From: a bacterium
GTDB taxonomy: Archaea > Thermoplasmatota > E2 > JACPAO01 > JAHFTW01
DNA: 64,000 nt
Direction of reading: 5' to 3'
Assembly (NCBI GenBank): GCA_040390065.1
Contig: JAZJZE010000011.1
Coordinates: 162,367 to 226,366 of the forward strand
In this document: one piece after another, positions 47,561 through 58,600 of the stretch
Position numbering within the stretch: the first letter of the stretch is position 1
How the letters are laid out: each line of letters starts with the position of its first letter
The notes under the pieces: generated by a model
What the model saw: only the letters and a program-made list of their open reading frames with translations
The model's database searches: none
What the model was told of the DNA's origin: nothing
Made by a program: the position numbers and the translations under genes

Positions 47561-48457
47561 CTACTTTCGGCGCCGACTGACGGCTGCGAGGCCCAGCAGC
47601 AGCACGCCGATGAGTGGCGCGATGGCTTCGGGCGATTTCTTCGCCGGCATGGCGTTGTGGAATTTCAGGTCCAACGTCGCCGGCGTGCCGAGTAATGCGC
47701 CGGTGAAGGTCTGGACCTGCGGCGTGATGACAATGTGGGCCGTCACGTCCTGCCAGCCCGCGGGCGGCGCGTGGAAGCGGAACTTGCCCGTGACGTTGGC
47801 CGGCTGCGGGTCGCCGACGGCGCCGAGGTACAGGCTGGGCATGTCGATGCTGGCCTGCGTCGTGCTGTTGAAGACGAGGTTGAGGGCGATGTTGCCTCGG
47901 TTGCGGAAGGTGGCGTTGAAGTCGAACGGGTCCGTGCCCACGTCGTACATCGTCTTCTCCGACTCGACGGACAAGAGCAAGATGGCCGTGACCTGGAGCT
48001 TCACGGTCCGGTTGTCGCTCTGAGCCGCGACGACGACGTTGCCGGAGACTGCAGCCTGGGGGACGGAGCCGTGGACGTACGTCGAGAGGTCCACGAGGGC
48101 TGGCGCGTGCGCGTTGGGGCTGATGGTGTAGGTTCCGGCCACGGAGATGGGCGGCGGGCTTGCGGACGGCGTCGTGCACGGCATCACGTCGAGCTCCAGC
48201 GCAGTGGGACCGGACACCACGAGGGTGGAAGTGGTGCCCTTCGCCACGGCAGTGACGGGAATCTTGGTCACGCCGTTCGATGCCGCGGACCATTGCAGCG
48301 CGGTCTGGCAGTCGAGCGCAAAGGTGGCCGTGAACGTGGTCGACGCGCCTGGGGCGACGGGGGAAGGGGGGGCCGTCAGCGTGACGGTGAAGACTGCTTG
48401 GGCGGGGGCGGCCGCGACGAGGAGGGCACCAAGCAGCAGGCACGCGAGACTTCGCAT
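47561..48457 (-). CDS. Paralogous surface protein with sorting-like anchor
   Basis: FALDCQTA shared with neighbour; ends KKSPEA-TM-RRRK. Confidence 0.78.
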   Translation of the reverse strand: MRSLACLLLGALLVAAAPAQAVFTVTLTAPPSPVAPGASTTFTATFALDCQTALQWSAASNGVTKIPVTAVAKGTTSTLVVSGPTALELDVMPCTTPSASPPPISVAGTYTISPNAHAPALVDLSTYVHGSVPQAAVSGNVVVAAQSDNRTVKLQVTAILLLSVESEKTMYDVGTDPFDFNATFRNRGNIALNLVFNSTTQASIDMPSLYLGAVGDPQPANVTGKFRFHAPPAGWQDVTAHIVITPQVQTFTGALLGTPATLDLKFHNAMPAKKSPEAIAPLIGVLLLGLAAVSRRRK

Positions 48458-48496
48458 GGGGGCGCCATGGCGGGCTGCCGTCTAAAACCGCGCGGG

Positions 48497-49402
48497 ATGC
48501 CCGCCAAGGGGAAAAAGGGGCGAGCCGTGGCGCGACGCGTGCACGGCGCTCCGGCAGTCGACTGGATCGGGGCCTACCTGTTGGAGGACCTCGGGCCGGG
48601 CGACATCACGACGGACGCGCTCTTCGAACCGGCGGCGACGGGGTCGGCTCGAATCGTGGCGCGGGCGCGGACGGTGGTTGCGGGAGGCCAGCACGCGGCC
48701 GAGGTCTTCCGGCGGCTGGGCGCCACGGCCGAGCAAGTCGTGCAGGACGGCAAGTGGGCCGATGCCGGCGCGACCGTCCTGCGGGTGACTGGTCCGACGC
48801 GTGCCATCCTGTCTGGAGAACGGCTGGCCCTCAATGTCGTCGGCCGCATGTCCGGCATTGCGACGCTCACTCGCGAGTGCGTGGAGGTTCTGGCGAAGGC
48901 GTGCGCGACGACCATGGTGGCCGGTACGCGCAAGACGACGCCGGGGTTCCGTGCCTTCGAGAAGGAGGCCATCGCCACGGGTGGCGGCGAACGCCACCGC
49001 ATGGGGCTCTGGGACGAAGCCATGCTGAAGGACAACCACCTGGAGGCGTGGGCCGGCCGGGGGCTTGCCAAGGCCGCCGCAGCGGACGTTGGCCGGGCCG
49101 TCGCCAGGGTCGTGGCCGCAAACCCGCTGCGCGTCGTGTGCTGTGAGGTCGAGTCGTTGGCCCATGCGCAGGCCGCCGCCGACGCCGGGGCCGCCTGGCT
49201 GCTCATCGACAACCAACCGCCGGCCACCGGCGAAGCCTGGGCCCGCGAGGTGCGTTTGCGGCATCCGGCCGTGCGCGTCGAAGCCTCGGGGGGAATCACG
49301 CCGGCAACCGTGGGCGCCTTCGGGTGGGCGGACCGGGTCAGTCTCGGGTGGCTGACGCAGAAGGCGCAAGCAGCTGACATGTCAATGGAGTGGGGTGCAT
49401 GA
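48497..49402 (+). CDS. nadC: Nicotinate-nucleotide pyrophosphorylase (QPRTase)
   Basis: ED---GDITT, ERLALN, TRKTTPG, HRMGL, KDNH, EASGGI. Confidence 0.95.
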   Translation: MPAKGKKGRAVARRVHGAPAVDWIGAYLLEDLGPGDITTDALFEPAATGSARIVARARTVVAGGQHAAEVFRRLGATAEQVVQDGKWADAGATVLRVTGPTRAILSGERLALNVVGRMSGIATLTRECVEVLAKACATTMVAGTRKTTPGFRAFEKEAIATGGGERHRMGLWDEAMLKDNHLEAWAGRGLAKAAAADVGRAVARVVAANPLRVVCCEVESLAHAQAAADAGAAWLLIDNQPPATGEAWAREVRLRHPAVRVEASGGITPATVGAFGWADRVSLGWLTQKAQAADMSMEWGA

Positions 49403-50133
49403 CGTCGGCGTCCAACATCCCGGACGACCATCCGCGCGCCGCCAGTCTGAGGGTGCGGGAGGCCATGAAAGAAGCCGCCGCCGCAGGCCTGGTCCACCCC
49501 ACGGGCCTCATCGCCCACGGTCGCGGCGAAGCCTTCGATTATCTCTTGGGGGAACGGACACCGCCCGAAGCCCTTGCAGCCATCCATGAATCTGCATTCA
49601 TTCTTCGGTTGGCCGCCCGGCCCGTCCTGTCGCTGAATGGCAACGTGGTCGCCCTTGCAGCGCGACGTTGCATCGCCGTGGCGGCTGCGCTGCCGTCCCT
49701 CCGGCTGGAGGTCAACCTGTTCCACCGCACGCCCGAACGCGTCGCCGGCCTCGTCGCGGCCATGGAGAGGGCGGGCGCCGCCTCCGGGTCGGTGCTCGGC
49801 ACCAAGCCGGACTTCCGGATTCCGGGCCTGTCCTCCGACCGGGCGCAGTGCTGCCGCGACGGCATCGGACTCGCCGACGTCGTCCTCGTTCCTCTGGAGG
49901 ACGGCGACCGGTGCCAGGCGCTCAAGGCCATGGGGAAGACCGTCATCGCCATCGACCTCAACCCGCTGTCGCGCACCGCACGGGCCGCCGACGTGACCAT
50001 CGTGGACGAAGTGACGCGGGCCCTCCCCCTCCTGGAGTCCGCTTTGCGGGTGGCCCCGGCGCGGCGCGGATCCTTCGACAACGCGGCAAACCTGCGCGCC
50101 GTGCAAGCGCGCATGGCGGCCCATCTCCAGTGA
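49399..50133 (+). CDS. Archaeal phosphopantothenate synthetase
   Basis: HPR--SL, GLIAHGRGEAFDYLLGE, NGN, EVNLF, VPLEDGDR, IDLNPLSRT. Confidence 0.93.
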   Translation: MTSASNIPDDHPRAASLRVREAMKEAAAAGLVHPTGLIAHGRGEAFDYLLGERTPPEALAAIHESAFILRLAARPVLSLNGNVVALAARRCIAVAAALPSLRLEVNLFHRTPERVAGLVAAMERAGAASGSVLGTKPDFRIPGLSSDRAQCCRDGIGLADVVLVPLEDGDRCQALKAMGKTVIAIDLNPLSRTARAADVTIVDEVTRALPLLESALRVAPARRGSFDNAANLRAVQARMAAHLQ

Positions 50134-50182
50134 GGCGCGCATCGCAAGGGTTTTGCCCGCCCCGGCCCCCGTCAGGGTCGGC

Positions 50183-52471
50183 ATGCGCCACGCCCCAGCC
50201 CGGCTCCCATCGATCCTCCTGGTCCTCTTCCTGGCGGGCCTCCTCCTGCCGCCAGCCGAAGGCACTCCTGGAGCGAATCCGCGTGCACCGCTGGCCACTG
50301 TGGGCGCCGTCATGCACGTGGCCGTCGCCGAGACCGGCACGATGCTCGCGGTGACAGACGACCCGGGGACGCGCCTGCCGACGCCGGGAAACGCCGGCGC
50401 CGACGTCCCGACCTGGTACCTCTGGGACCGCGCCGGCACCATCGTTCATTCCGGCTCAGGCGACCTCACGTCCTGTGCCAACCGCCTCGGCGACCTGTGC
50501 CAGAGCCCAAGTGCCGCCGGCGCGCTGTCGGCGGACGGCTTGTGGTTCGCGGTCGGCAGCAACGTCGCAATGTCGCCGACGGACGCGACGCGCGGGCTCC
50601 TGCAAGCCGGACACGTCGGCGCGAGCTCGACGGTCACCCACGTCTTCTCCAATCCCATCGCGCAGATCGCCATGGACCGCAACGGCAAGACCATCGCCGT
50701 CCTCGAACGGATCCCGGCCATCCCCAATTCGGGCCAGCCCGACAAGGCCCAGGTCAACCTGCTGTCCTTCGACGGCTCGGTCTTCGCCGACATCTTCACG
50801 CCCTACCAGATCGTGGCTCCGGCGCAGGGCTTGGCGCTCGCCCGTGACGGGCAGAAGCTCGCCGTCGCTGCCGACAACCTCTACATCTTCTCGCGCACGG
50901 CTGGTGCCCCTGGCATCGTCTCGGCTGTGACCGGTCCCGTGCAGTCCGTGGCCGTCGCCCCCGGCGGGGCGCACTCCATCCTCGCCGGGTACGCCTCTGG
51001 CAAGCTTGCGATCCTCGACGACGGCTCGGCGTTGCAGGTCCTCAAGACGCTGGACCTTGGGACGTCGCCCGTCACCGCCGTGACGACGGACGGAGTGCGC
51101 GGCCTTGCGGGCGACTCGACGGGCAAGTTGTTCGTCCTCTCGGTCAGCACGGCGACACCGCAAGTCGTCGTCGACTCGAGCCGCACTGGCGCGCCCGATG
51201 CCATTCGCCAGCTGTTCCTGTCGCGCAGCGGCGGCATCGGTTTCCTGCGCTCCGCAACGGAGGTCCACCTCATGCTCGCCAACGGGACGGAGCTGTGGAG
51301 CCACAAGCCCGCCACGGCCCCAGTGGGCGGCGGCCTCGACGACACCGGTGACGTCGCGGCGACGGGCGTCGGCGCAGGAGTGGTCGCCTTCGACGCGAGC
51401 CATGCCATCGCCGCGGATCCGGTCGCGACCATCCAGGTGCCGCCGCGGGTCGCCCGGGACATCGACGTCACGTACCGCAACGCCGGAAACCGGCCAGAGC
51501 AGGCGGATGTGGGTGCGTCTTTCCCCGCCAACTGGTTCATGACGGTCACGCCGACCTCGATGGCACTCGCCGTCGGCCAAACCGCCGTCCTGCACGTTCA
51601 CTTCGTCGTCGGCGACAGCCAACCCCCCGGCCTGACGGAACTCAAACTCGAGCATACGTTGGCAAGCGGCGGCAGCGGCACGACCGTCATCCCCGTCGAA
51701 GTCGTGCCCAAGGACGCGGTCGCCATGAGCCCCGACGGCCCCGCCACGCTGGCCTTGAAGCGCGGCGAGACGGCGCATTTCGGCGTCAAGATCGAGAACC
51801 GCGGCAACACCGACGCCCACGTCGACGTAGTGGGCGCCGTGACGCCGGCGGGTTGGACGATGGACGCAAGCCCACGCCACTTCGACCTCAACCCAGGGAA
51901 AAACGGCACGTTCTCAGTGTCCCTCACCGCGTCCGCGACTGCGGCGGACGGCGAGACCGGCGTCGTACGCCTGACGTTGGCTGGCCGCCCGGGCTCGGAA
52001 CTCGACTTGTCCGGCGTCGTGGGCGCCCGTTTTGCACCCGACCTCAGGGGCTTGGCCCGCGTCGACGCAGCCGCCGGCTCGCAGATCACCGTCAACTTGA
52101 CCCTCGTGAACGCAGGAAACGTGGCGGACCGGTTCACCGTCCAACCCGTTGGCGTCCTCCCTGATGGCTGGGGCCTGCGCCTGGATGCGTCGCCCCTCCT
52201 GACGCCCCTTTTGGAACCTGGCGAAGCGGCGCCGCTTGCCGTCCACATCACCGTCCCAGCCGGGTCGTCTGGGCAGCGGGCGCAACTGCGGGTGCACGCC
52301 GACAGCCTGGGGGACGCAACCAAGTCGGACGAGCAATCCATCCTGGTCATGGTCGCAAGAGGGCAGGACGCCACGACGCAGGGTTCCCCGCTTCCCCTGG
52401 AGGTGCCGATCATGGCGCTTGCGGCCATGGCCCTCCTGTTGCGGCGCCGCCAAGGCCGGCCGCGCCCCTGA
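50183..52471 (+). CDS. Surface protein: beta-propeller plus three Ig-like (NEW3-type) domains
   Basis: Signal peptide, WD40-like repeats, N-x-GN motifs; ends GSPLP-TM-RRR. Confidence 0.8.
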   Translation: MRHAPARLPSILLVLFLAGLLLPPAEGTPGANPRAPLATVGAVMHVAVAETGTMLAVTDDPGTRLPTPGNAGADVPTWYLWDRAGTIVHSGSGDLTSCANRLGDLCQSPSAAGALSADGLWFAVGSNVAMSPTDATRGLLQAGHVGASSTVTHVFSNPIAQIAMDRNGKTIAVLERIPAIPNSGQPDKAQVNLLSFDGSVFADIFTPYQIVAPAQGLALARDGQKLAVAADNLYIFSRTAGAPGIVSAVTGPVQSVAVAPGGAHSILAGYASGKLAILDDGSALQVLKTLDLGTSPVTAVTTDGVRGLAGDSTGKLFVLSVSTATPQVVVDSSRTGAPDAIRQLFLSRSGGIGFLRSATEVHLMLANGTELWSHKPATAPVGGGLDDTGDVAATGVGAGVVAFDASHAIAADPVATIQVPPRVARDIDVTYRNAGNRPEQADVGASFPANWFMTVTPTSMALAVGQTAVLHVHFVVGDSQPPGLTELKLEHTLASGGSGTTVIPVEVVPKDAVAMSPDGPATLALKRGETAHFGVKIENRGNTDAHVDVVGAVTPAGWTMDASPRHFDLNPGKNGTFSVSLTASATAADGETGVVRLTLAGRPGSELDLSGVVGARFAPDLRGLARVDAAAGSQITVNLTLVNAGNVADRFTVQPVGVLPDGWGLRLDASPLLTPLLEPGEAAPLAVHITVPAGSSGQRAQLRVHADSLGDATKSDEQSILVMVARGQDATTQGSPLPLEVPIMALAAMALLLRRRQGRPRP

Positions 52472-52519
52472 CGTTCCATTTGGAAGTTGCGTTTCGTTCG
52501 CAATAGGAGGCGTCCAAGC

Positions 52520-52535
52520 GAAAGCCCTATATTGT
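52520..52535 (+). promoter_or_regulatory. BRE/TATA-like promoter of the giant surface gene
   Basis: gaaagccctatattg in an AT-richer intergenic segment. Confidence 0.45.
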
Positions 52536-52602
52536 GACAAAACAACCGTCGCCCCGCAACGGGGTGGCGTAGGCTTCCCCGGTCCGGCAATCGGTGACCG
52601 CA

Positions 52603-55600
52603 ATGTCCGAATCAACGCCCCGCAACGTGAACCTCGCAAAGGCCGCCGCCCTCGCGCTCGTTCTGATCATGATGGCCCCCGCCTTCGTCGGAAGCGCGGA
52701 CGCCGTCCTGCACTACACGAGTCCCGCGCAGGATGCCCAGATCCCGGCCGCCTGGGGAACCGGAGCGCCGTTTGGCACCTGGCAGAAGGTCGTGAACGAA
52801 CCAGCGACGTTCTACATGCACGGCAATACCGGCTGCGGCGACAACGGCGTCCCGGCCCTCACGACCACCTGCAGCGTCAACTCTGTTGGTCTTCCGGGCA
52901 CGCCTCCGGTCCAAGCTGACTGGTGGATGGACACCCGCCTGCCCTTCCAGCAGCCGCCCGCGAACCCGCCGACTCCGCCGCAAGAGGTCCTCGTCTCCGA
53001 CCCGAACGGTCTCGGCGGCCCGACTGGCAACTCGCTGGACTTCGACAACCACAACTGCTTCGTCAACAACCTGCAAGTCCTCGACGAGACCACCATCACC
53101 AAGCTCGAAGTCCTCCTGTGGGCCCAAGGCAACCGCAACCTGCAGGACCAGATCCAGGTCTCGATGGACGTCCTCAACTCCGACTGCACGGTCAAGACGC
53201 CCAACGCCGCTCTCTTCACTCTCCAGACCTCGGCCCTCAACAACGGCCAGAGCAGCAGCTACGCCAGCTACACGGCGACCTGGACGGCGCCCTTCGTCAC
53301 CCCGGGGCAGCCCTACGGTGTCACGATGCTCAAGGACGAGCGCCTGCGCTTCTCCTTCGCGCTCGTCTCCTCCACCCTCGACTCCACTGCCACCTTCGCC
53401 TTCGATGGCCAAGGCTTCGAGAGCCACGTCACCCTCTACAGCGACTCGGCACGCGTCAACGAGTGGACCACGGACCGCTTCGGCGACCCGACGAACCACT
53501 TCGCGCACACAGACATCCAGCACCCCGCCGACGTCAACGACCGCACCGTCCACTGGCGCGCCACTGAGTTCGACACCTGGGGCCACACGGACAACGTCCC
53601 GAACGTCCCGGTCACCGCGACCACGCCTGGATCCAAGTGCAACAGCAACGGCGCGGGCAGCGGCAGCACGCCGGACCCCCGCGAATTCCCCCTCAGTGAC
53701 TGCGCCAAGGACAACATCGACGAGCAGGCCATGCGCATCCGCGTCAAGGACGTCACCCCGGGCCACCCGGGCTTCGACTCGTACGTCCCCCTCGACCTGC
53801 GCCTCGGCCTCAGCGTCTGGGACTCCAGCGTCGGCGAGGACACGTCCTACGTCGGCTGCTGCGACGCCGCCTTCATCAACCCCATGAAGAACAAGGCCCC
53901 TGACGCAGCGCACCCGGCGTACCTTGGACGCACCAGCAACGCCGACCGCCTGCTCGGCCTGTCCAACTACGAATTCGACCTCGTCTACTCCAAGGATTTC
54001 CTCGACGGCGTCTACGAGATCCAGTTCCAGGAAGCCAACAAGAACTGGTACAAGAGCATCCAGTTCACGGTCGGCAACACCGGCTTCGTCTTCGCCTTCG
54101 AGAAGGACGAGCATGACCTCAACGCCGACCTCACGATCGCGGACCACCGCGTCGCCTTGAACGAGCCGACGAAGTACAGCCTCACCGTCAAGAACACCGG
54201 CTCCGTCTCGGACACGTACGGCCTCGCCGTCCCCGTCCCCGGCGCCGGCTGGACCGGCACCGTCACGCCCAACACCGTGAGCCTGCCCCCCAACGGCGAG
54301 GCCAAGGTCGACATGCTCGTCGTCCCGCCCTCCACGGCGCACGCCGGCGACATCAAGGTCGTCTCCGTCGCCGCCACGAGCACGGTCACCAACACCGTCA
54401 AGACGCTCTACACGCGCACGACGTACACGGCCGACACGACGCCGCAGGCGCCGTCGCTGACGTCCCCGCAGACCGAAGTCAACACGCGGCCGAAACTGTC
54501 CACCGTCTTCCCCATCGTGGTCCACAACGGCCACCAGGGCGACAACGGTTGGGTGCAAGGCCCGGTGCGTGACAACTACGTCATCTCGGGCACCTTGGAC
54601 CCGGGCGACATCGCCTGCCCGACCAGCGGCTTCGTCATCCAGATAGACCCCACGTTCCTGCCCGTCTACGCGGCCAGCCGCGAGGCCGTCTCCGTACGCG
54701 TCCAGGTGCCCGCCGAGGCCCCGCCAGGATGCTCGTGGACGATGAACTTCCAAGCCTGCCGCAACCTCAGCACCTCCACGGACGCGCTCTGCAGCGCGCT
54801 CCTGAAGATCCCGCTGCACATCTACGCCATCGACGACGTGCGCCTCACGGTCCTGAAGCCGCAGATTGACATGCGTGACACGGAGCTGGACCGCTACCAC
54901 AACCAGTGCGTCAACGGTCCGCCGCCGTCGTGCGCCTACACCGTCGACGTCCAAGACAACTACTTCGACGAGGGGGCCCTCTTCCGCTTCCTCGTCGAGA
55001 ACAAGGGCGACCGCCCGGACAGCATCGAACTGTCGGGCTCCTGGGCGTCCTTCGCCCTGTCGCCCGCCGACGGCGGCCAGCACGCTGGCGCCCAAGACTG
55101 CACCGACGAAGGCGTCAACGGCGCCGATGGTGTTCCGGACGGCTGGCGGTACCGCCTGCTTCCCGGCAGCGCCGCAGTCCCGCCCTTCGGCCAGCCAGTC
55201 GACCCGGGAATGACGTACCCGCAGCCGCTGAACGCCGGCCCAGCAGTCGCGGCCCGCTTCACGCCTGAGCCCTCCAACCCGTACGACGGCCAGCCGCAGA
55301 ACGTCGCCGTCATGCCGGCCACCGCGCCGCAGTACGGCGCCGGCCACGACTCGACCTTCTCCGGCGAGGCTCGCTTCGGTCGCCTCACCCTGCCCGCGCA
55401 CACGAGCCAATACGTCTTCCTCGACATGTTCTGGGACCAGGACACGGCGAGTTGCGTTGGCGAGCAGACGGTGAACGTGCCCCTCTTTGCTGGCTCACCT
55501 CTCGGAAACTCCCACACGCAGAACTGGCGCAGTGCCGTCCCGAGCCGCTATGCGACGTTCCGCATGTCGTACCGGTCCGGCAACGACGATTCCATCCGCG

Positions 55601-58600
55601 GCAACCTCGAAGTGACGGCGCACCTGACGACGTCGCCGACACTGCAGATTGGCAACACCGGCGACGATGCCACGGGCATGGTCCACAAGGTCCTCATGGA
55701 GCTCGGCCCCGGCCAACCGGCGGAGGGCTATGCGGACATCAACGCCCTTGCCACGGCCGACCAGGTCGCGACGTACAACGTCATGGCCACGAACATCGGC
55801 AACGAGTACGACGACCTCCTGATAAGCGTCGACAGCGGCCTGAACGGTTGGAAGCACACCATCGTGCTGCCCGGCTCGGCCATCCAGGGCACCGGCATCA
55901 TCCCCTCGGGAATGGTTCTGGGTTCCCTGGTGGAGCCGACGCCCAACCCGAGTTCTGGCCCCGGCGCCCCGCACGCGACCACGCTGCCGCGCAACTGTGT
56001 CATCACCGACACGGCGCAGCAGCAGATGACGTGCCACCGCATGGGCATCTACGACACCGTGTACTTCCAGGTGAAGGCCAAGCCGCCGACGGGCGCCCGC
56101 ATCGGCTCCTACGACGACATGGGCATCACGGTCTCGAGCTCGCGCTCGACGCACATCCCGGGCACTGCCCCAGGCTCGGTCTACGACAAGATCAACGTGC
56201 GCTCCTTCGTGCAAGGCATCTTCGGCTTCGCGCTCCTGCACCCGAACGACAACCTGCTCGGCTACCGCGGCCAGACGATCGCGTTCCCGTTCACCATCAA
56301 GAACGTCGGGACCACGAATGACGTCTACAACGTCGCCGTCGCCGCCGCAGATGCAGCGTACTACGGCATCTGGAACCCGAAGACCTCCTCCGACACCCTC
56401 GTCGCGGTGCCGGCCGGCTACGAGTACCACGGCTTCGTGAGCGTCACGGTGCCGACGAACCCGACGGATTCGCCCATCTCGGACCCTGCCTTCATCCAGC
56501 CAGCGCCGGTCATCCGGCCGCTGCGTCTTGAGATCCAGAGCATCCAGGGCTTCGGCCAGGCGGACACCATCGACTTCTTCCCGACCGTGACGGAAACGCC
56601 GGCACTCAAGATCTCGGCGGAAGCCACCACGATTGCACGCTTGACGGAAGGCCGCATCCGCATCACGGCGGACGCGCCCGACGCCAAGACGGTGCTGTTC
56701 AACGGCTACTACAACACGGCTCCCAACCTCGCCACCGGCGTGGGTGGCCAGCCCGACTTGCCCACCGGTTTCATGTTCGTGTGCCTGCCGCACACGCACC
56801 CCGACTGGGACGTCAACCGCAAGTGCTACGACCCGTACCCGGTGCCGACGAACGTCCTCACCCCGGATGACACGGCCAACACGGACGGCCTGCACACGCT
56901 GCCCCACATGGTGCAGCCGCAGGTCAACCTCGGGGGCCAGGCCATCCAGCAACTGGAGCTCTTCGTGCCGGACAAGCAACTCGGCATCAGCCGTGTGGCG
57001 CACCGCGTCGCGGGCACCACGGACACGGGCGACATCACCTACACGGACGCTATCGTCAACATGGGCTCCGTCTACGGCGTGAAACTCACAGCCGTGCCTT
57101 GCGAGAACGACGTCGGCTCGGACGCCGCCAACAAGACTCTGCCCCCGGGTACGCCCGGCGGCAGCGCCAACACTGGCGGCACCGTGCTGTTCTGCATCGA
57201 GGTCTCCAACCAGGGCCTGTCGCCGCAGAGCGTCCTCTTGTCCAACTCGGAGCTTCCGACGGGCTGGGAGATTTTCTACGACCAGGCCTCCGTGACCGTG
57301 CAGCCTCCGGGCTACGCACTGGCGCGCGGCGTCTCCGACTGCCCGCTCGTCGGCCAGCAATCGTGCATCCCCCTCGACGCCCAGACGAGCTACATCGTGC
57401 ACGTCGGCCTCGTCGCCCCCGCCGGCGCCGAGTCGGGCGCCTTCGCACCCGTGCTCATCTTCGGCACGGTCCAGGAGGACACGACACAGGTCGCGCAGCA
57501 GCGCATCACGGCCGTCGTCGGCACCTACGACATGAAGGTCACCTCCGCTCTTGCCACCGAATGGGTGGCGCCGCAGGAGTTCGCCCGCTTCCCCCTCTCT
57601 GTGGAGAACAAGGGCAACCTGCCGGACGTCGTGCAGATCCAGGCCGTCCTGCCAAGCTCGGTCTCGGACACCTTCCCGACCTCCTGGCGCAACTGCGACA
57701 ATGCAGACCCGTCGCTGTCCAACCTGCCGATCGCACCGGCGGGCTCGACGCCGAGCTGCTACGTCATCTTGCAGCCCAAGGAGAAGCGCACCGACATCGG
57801 CCTCGACATCCTGACGCCAAGCCAGGTCGCCCCCACGGGCGCCGGGCCCGGCTACACGGCCACCATCTCGGCCCACTCGATCTTCAACCCGGCCGCGACG
57901 GACGTCACGGCGACGACCGTGAAGATCCTGGACTACTTCATGGCGGACATCGACGGCGACCGGCTTGCCGAGTACGCAATCGATTCGTGCACGGTGTCGC
58001 AGCAGGACGGCTGCCGCCCCAACTCCAGCGACGGCTTCGAGACGTTCCGTGAGAACCTGCAGACCGCCGGCGTCATCTCGCAGGACCTGCGCGGCCGCCC
58101 CGAACTGCAGAGCTTCCTCAGCCCCGACGGCTTTGCGCAGTGGACCGACCCGTCCCCGCCGCACGACCTGCTGTACTACGTCGACATCAACAACGACAAG
58201 AAAGTCGACCACCTCATCGACACCGACGGCGATGGCCTGCCGGACGTCTACTGGGTGCCAGGCGTGCGCTTCGGCAAGCTGGACTTCACGCGTGACGTCA
58301 CGGCCGACTCGCTGCCCGACTACTTCGTCGACCTCGAAGGCGACAACCGCTGGGACATGGTCTACGACCTGGCCCTCGGGCGTTCCTTCCCGTTGATCCA
58401 GGGCTTCATCGATGGCGACGGATACCCGGACTACGTGGTGGACGTCAACCGCAACGGCCTCATCGACCTCAACGAGACGGTGCTGCTTGGCGCCCCGAAC
58501 GGGCAGATCAGGCAGATCGAGTACTCGGCTGACGTCAACGACGACGGCCTGCCGGACAAGGCGATCGACACCAACGGCGACGGCGAACCCGACTTCTTCA

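Noticed and set aside
55990-56045. Heme-binding motif in the giant surface protein (C...CH)
   Set aside because: Spacing is not CxxCH; more likely a disulfide pair
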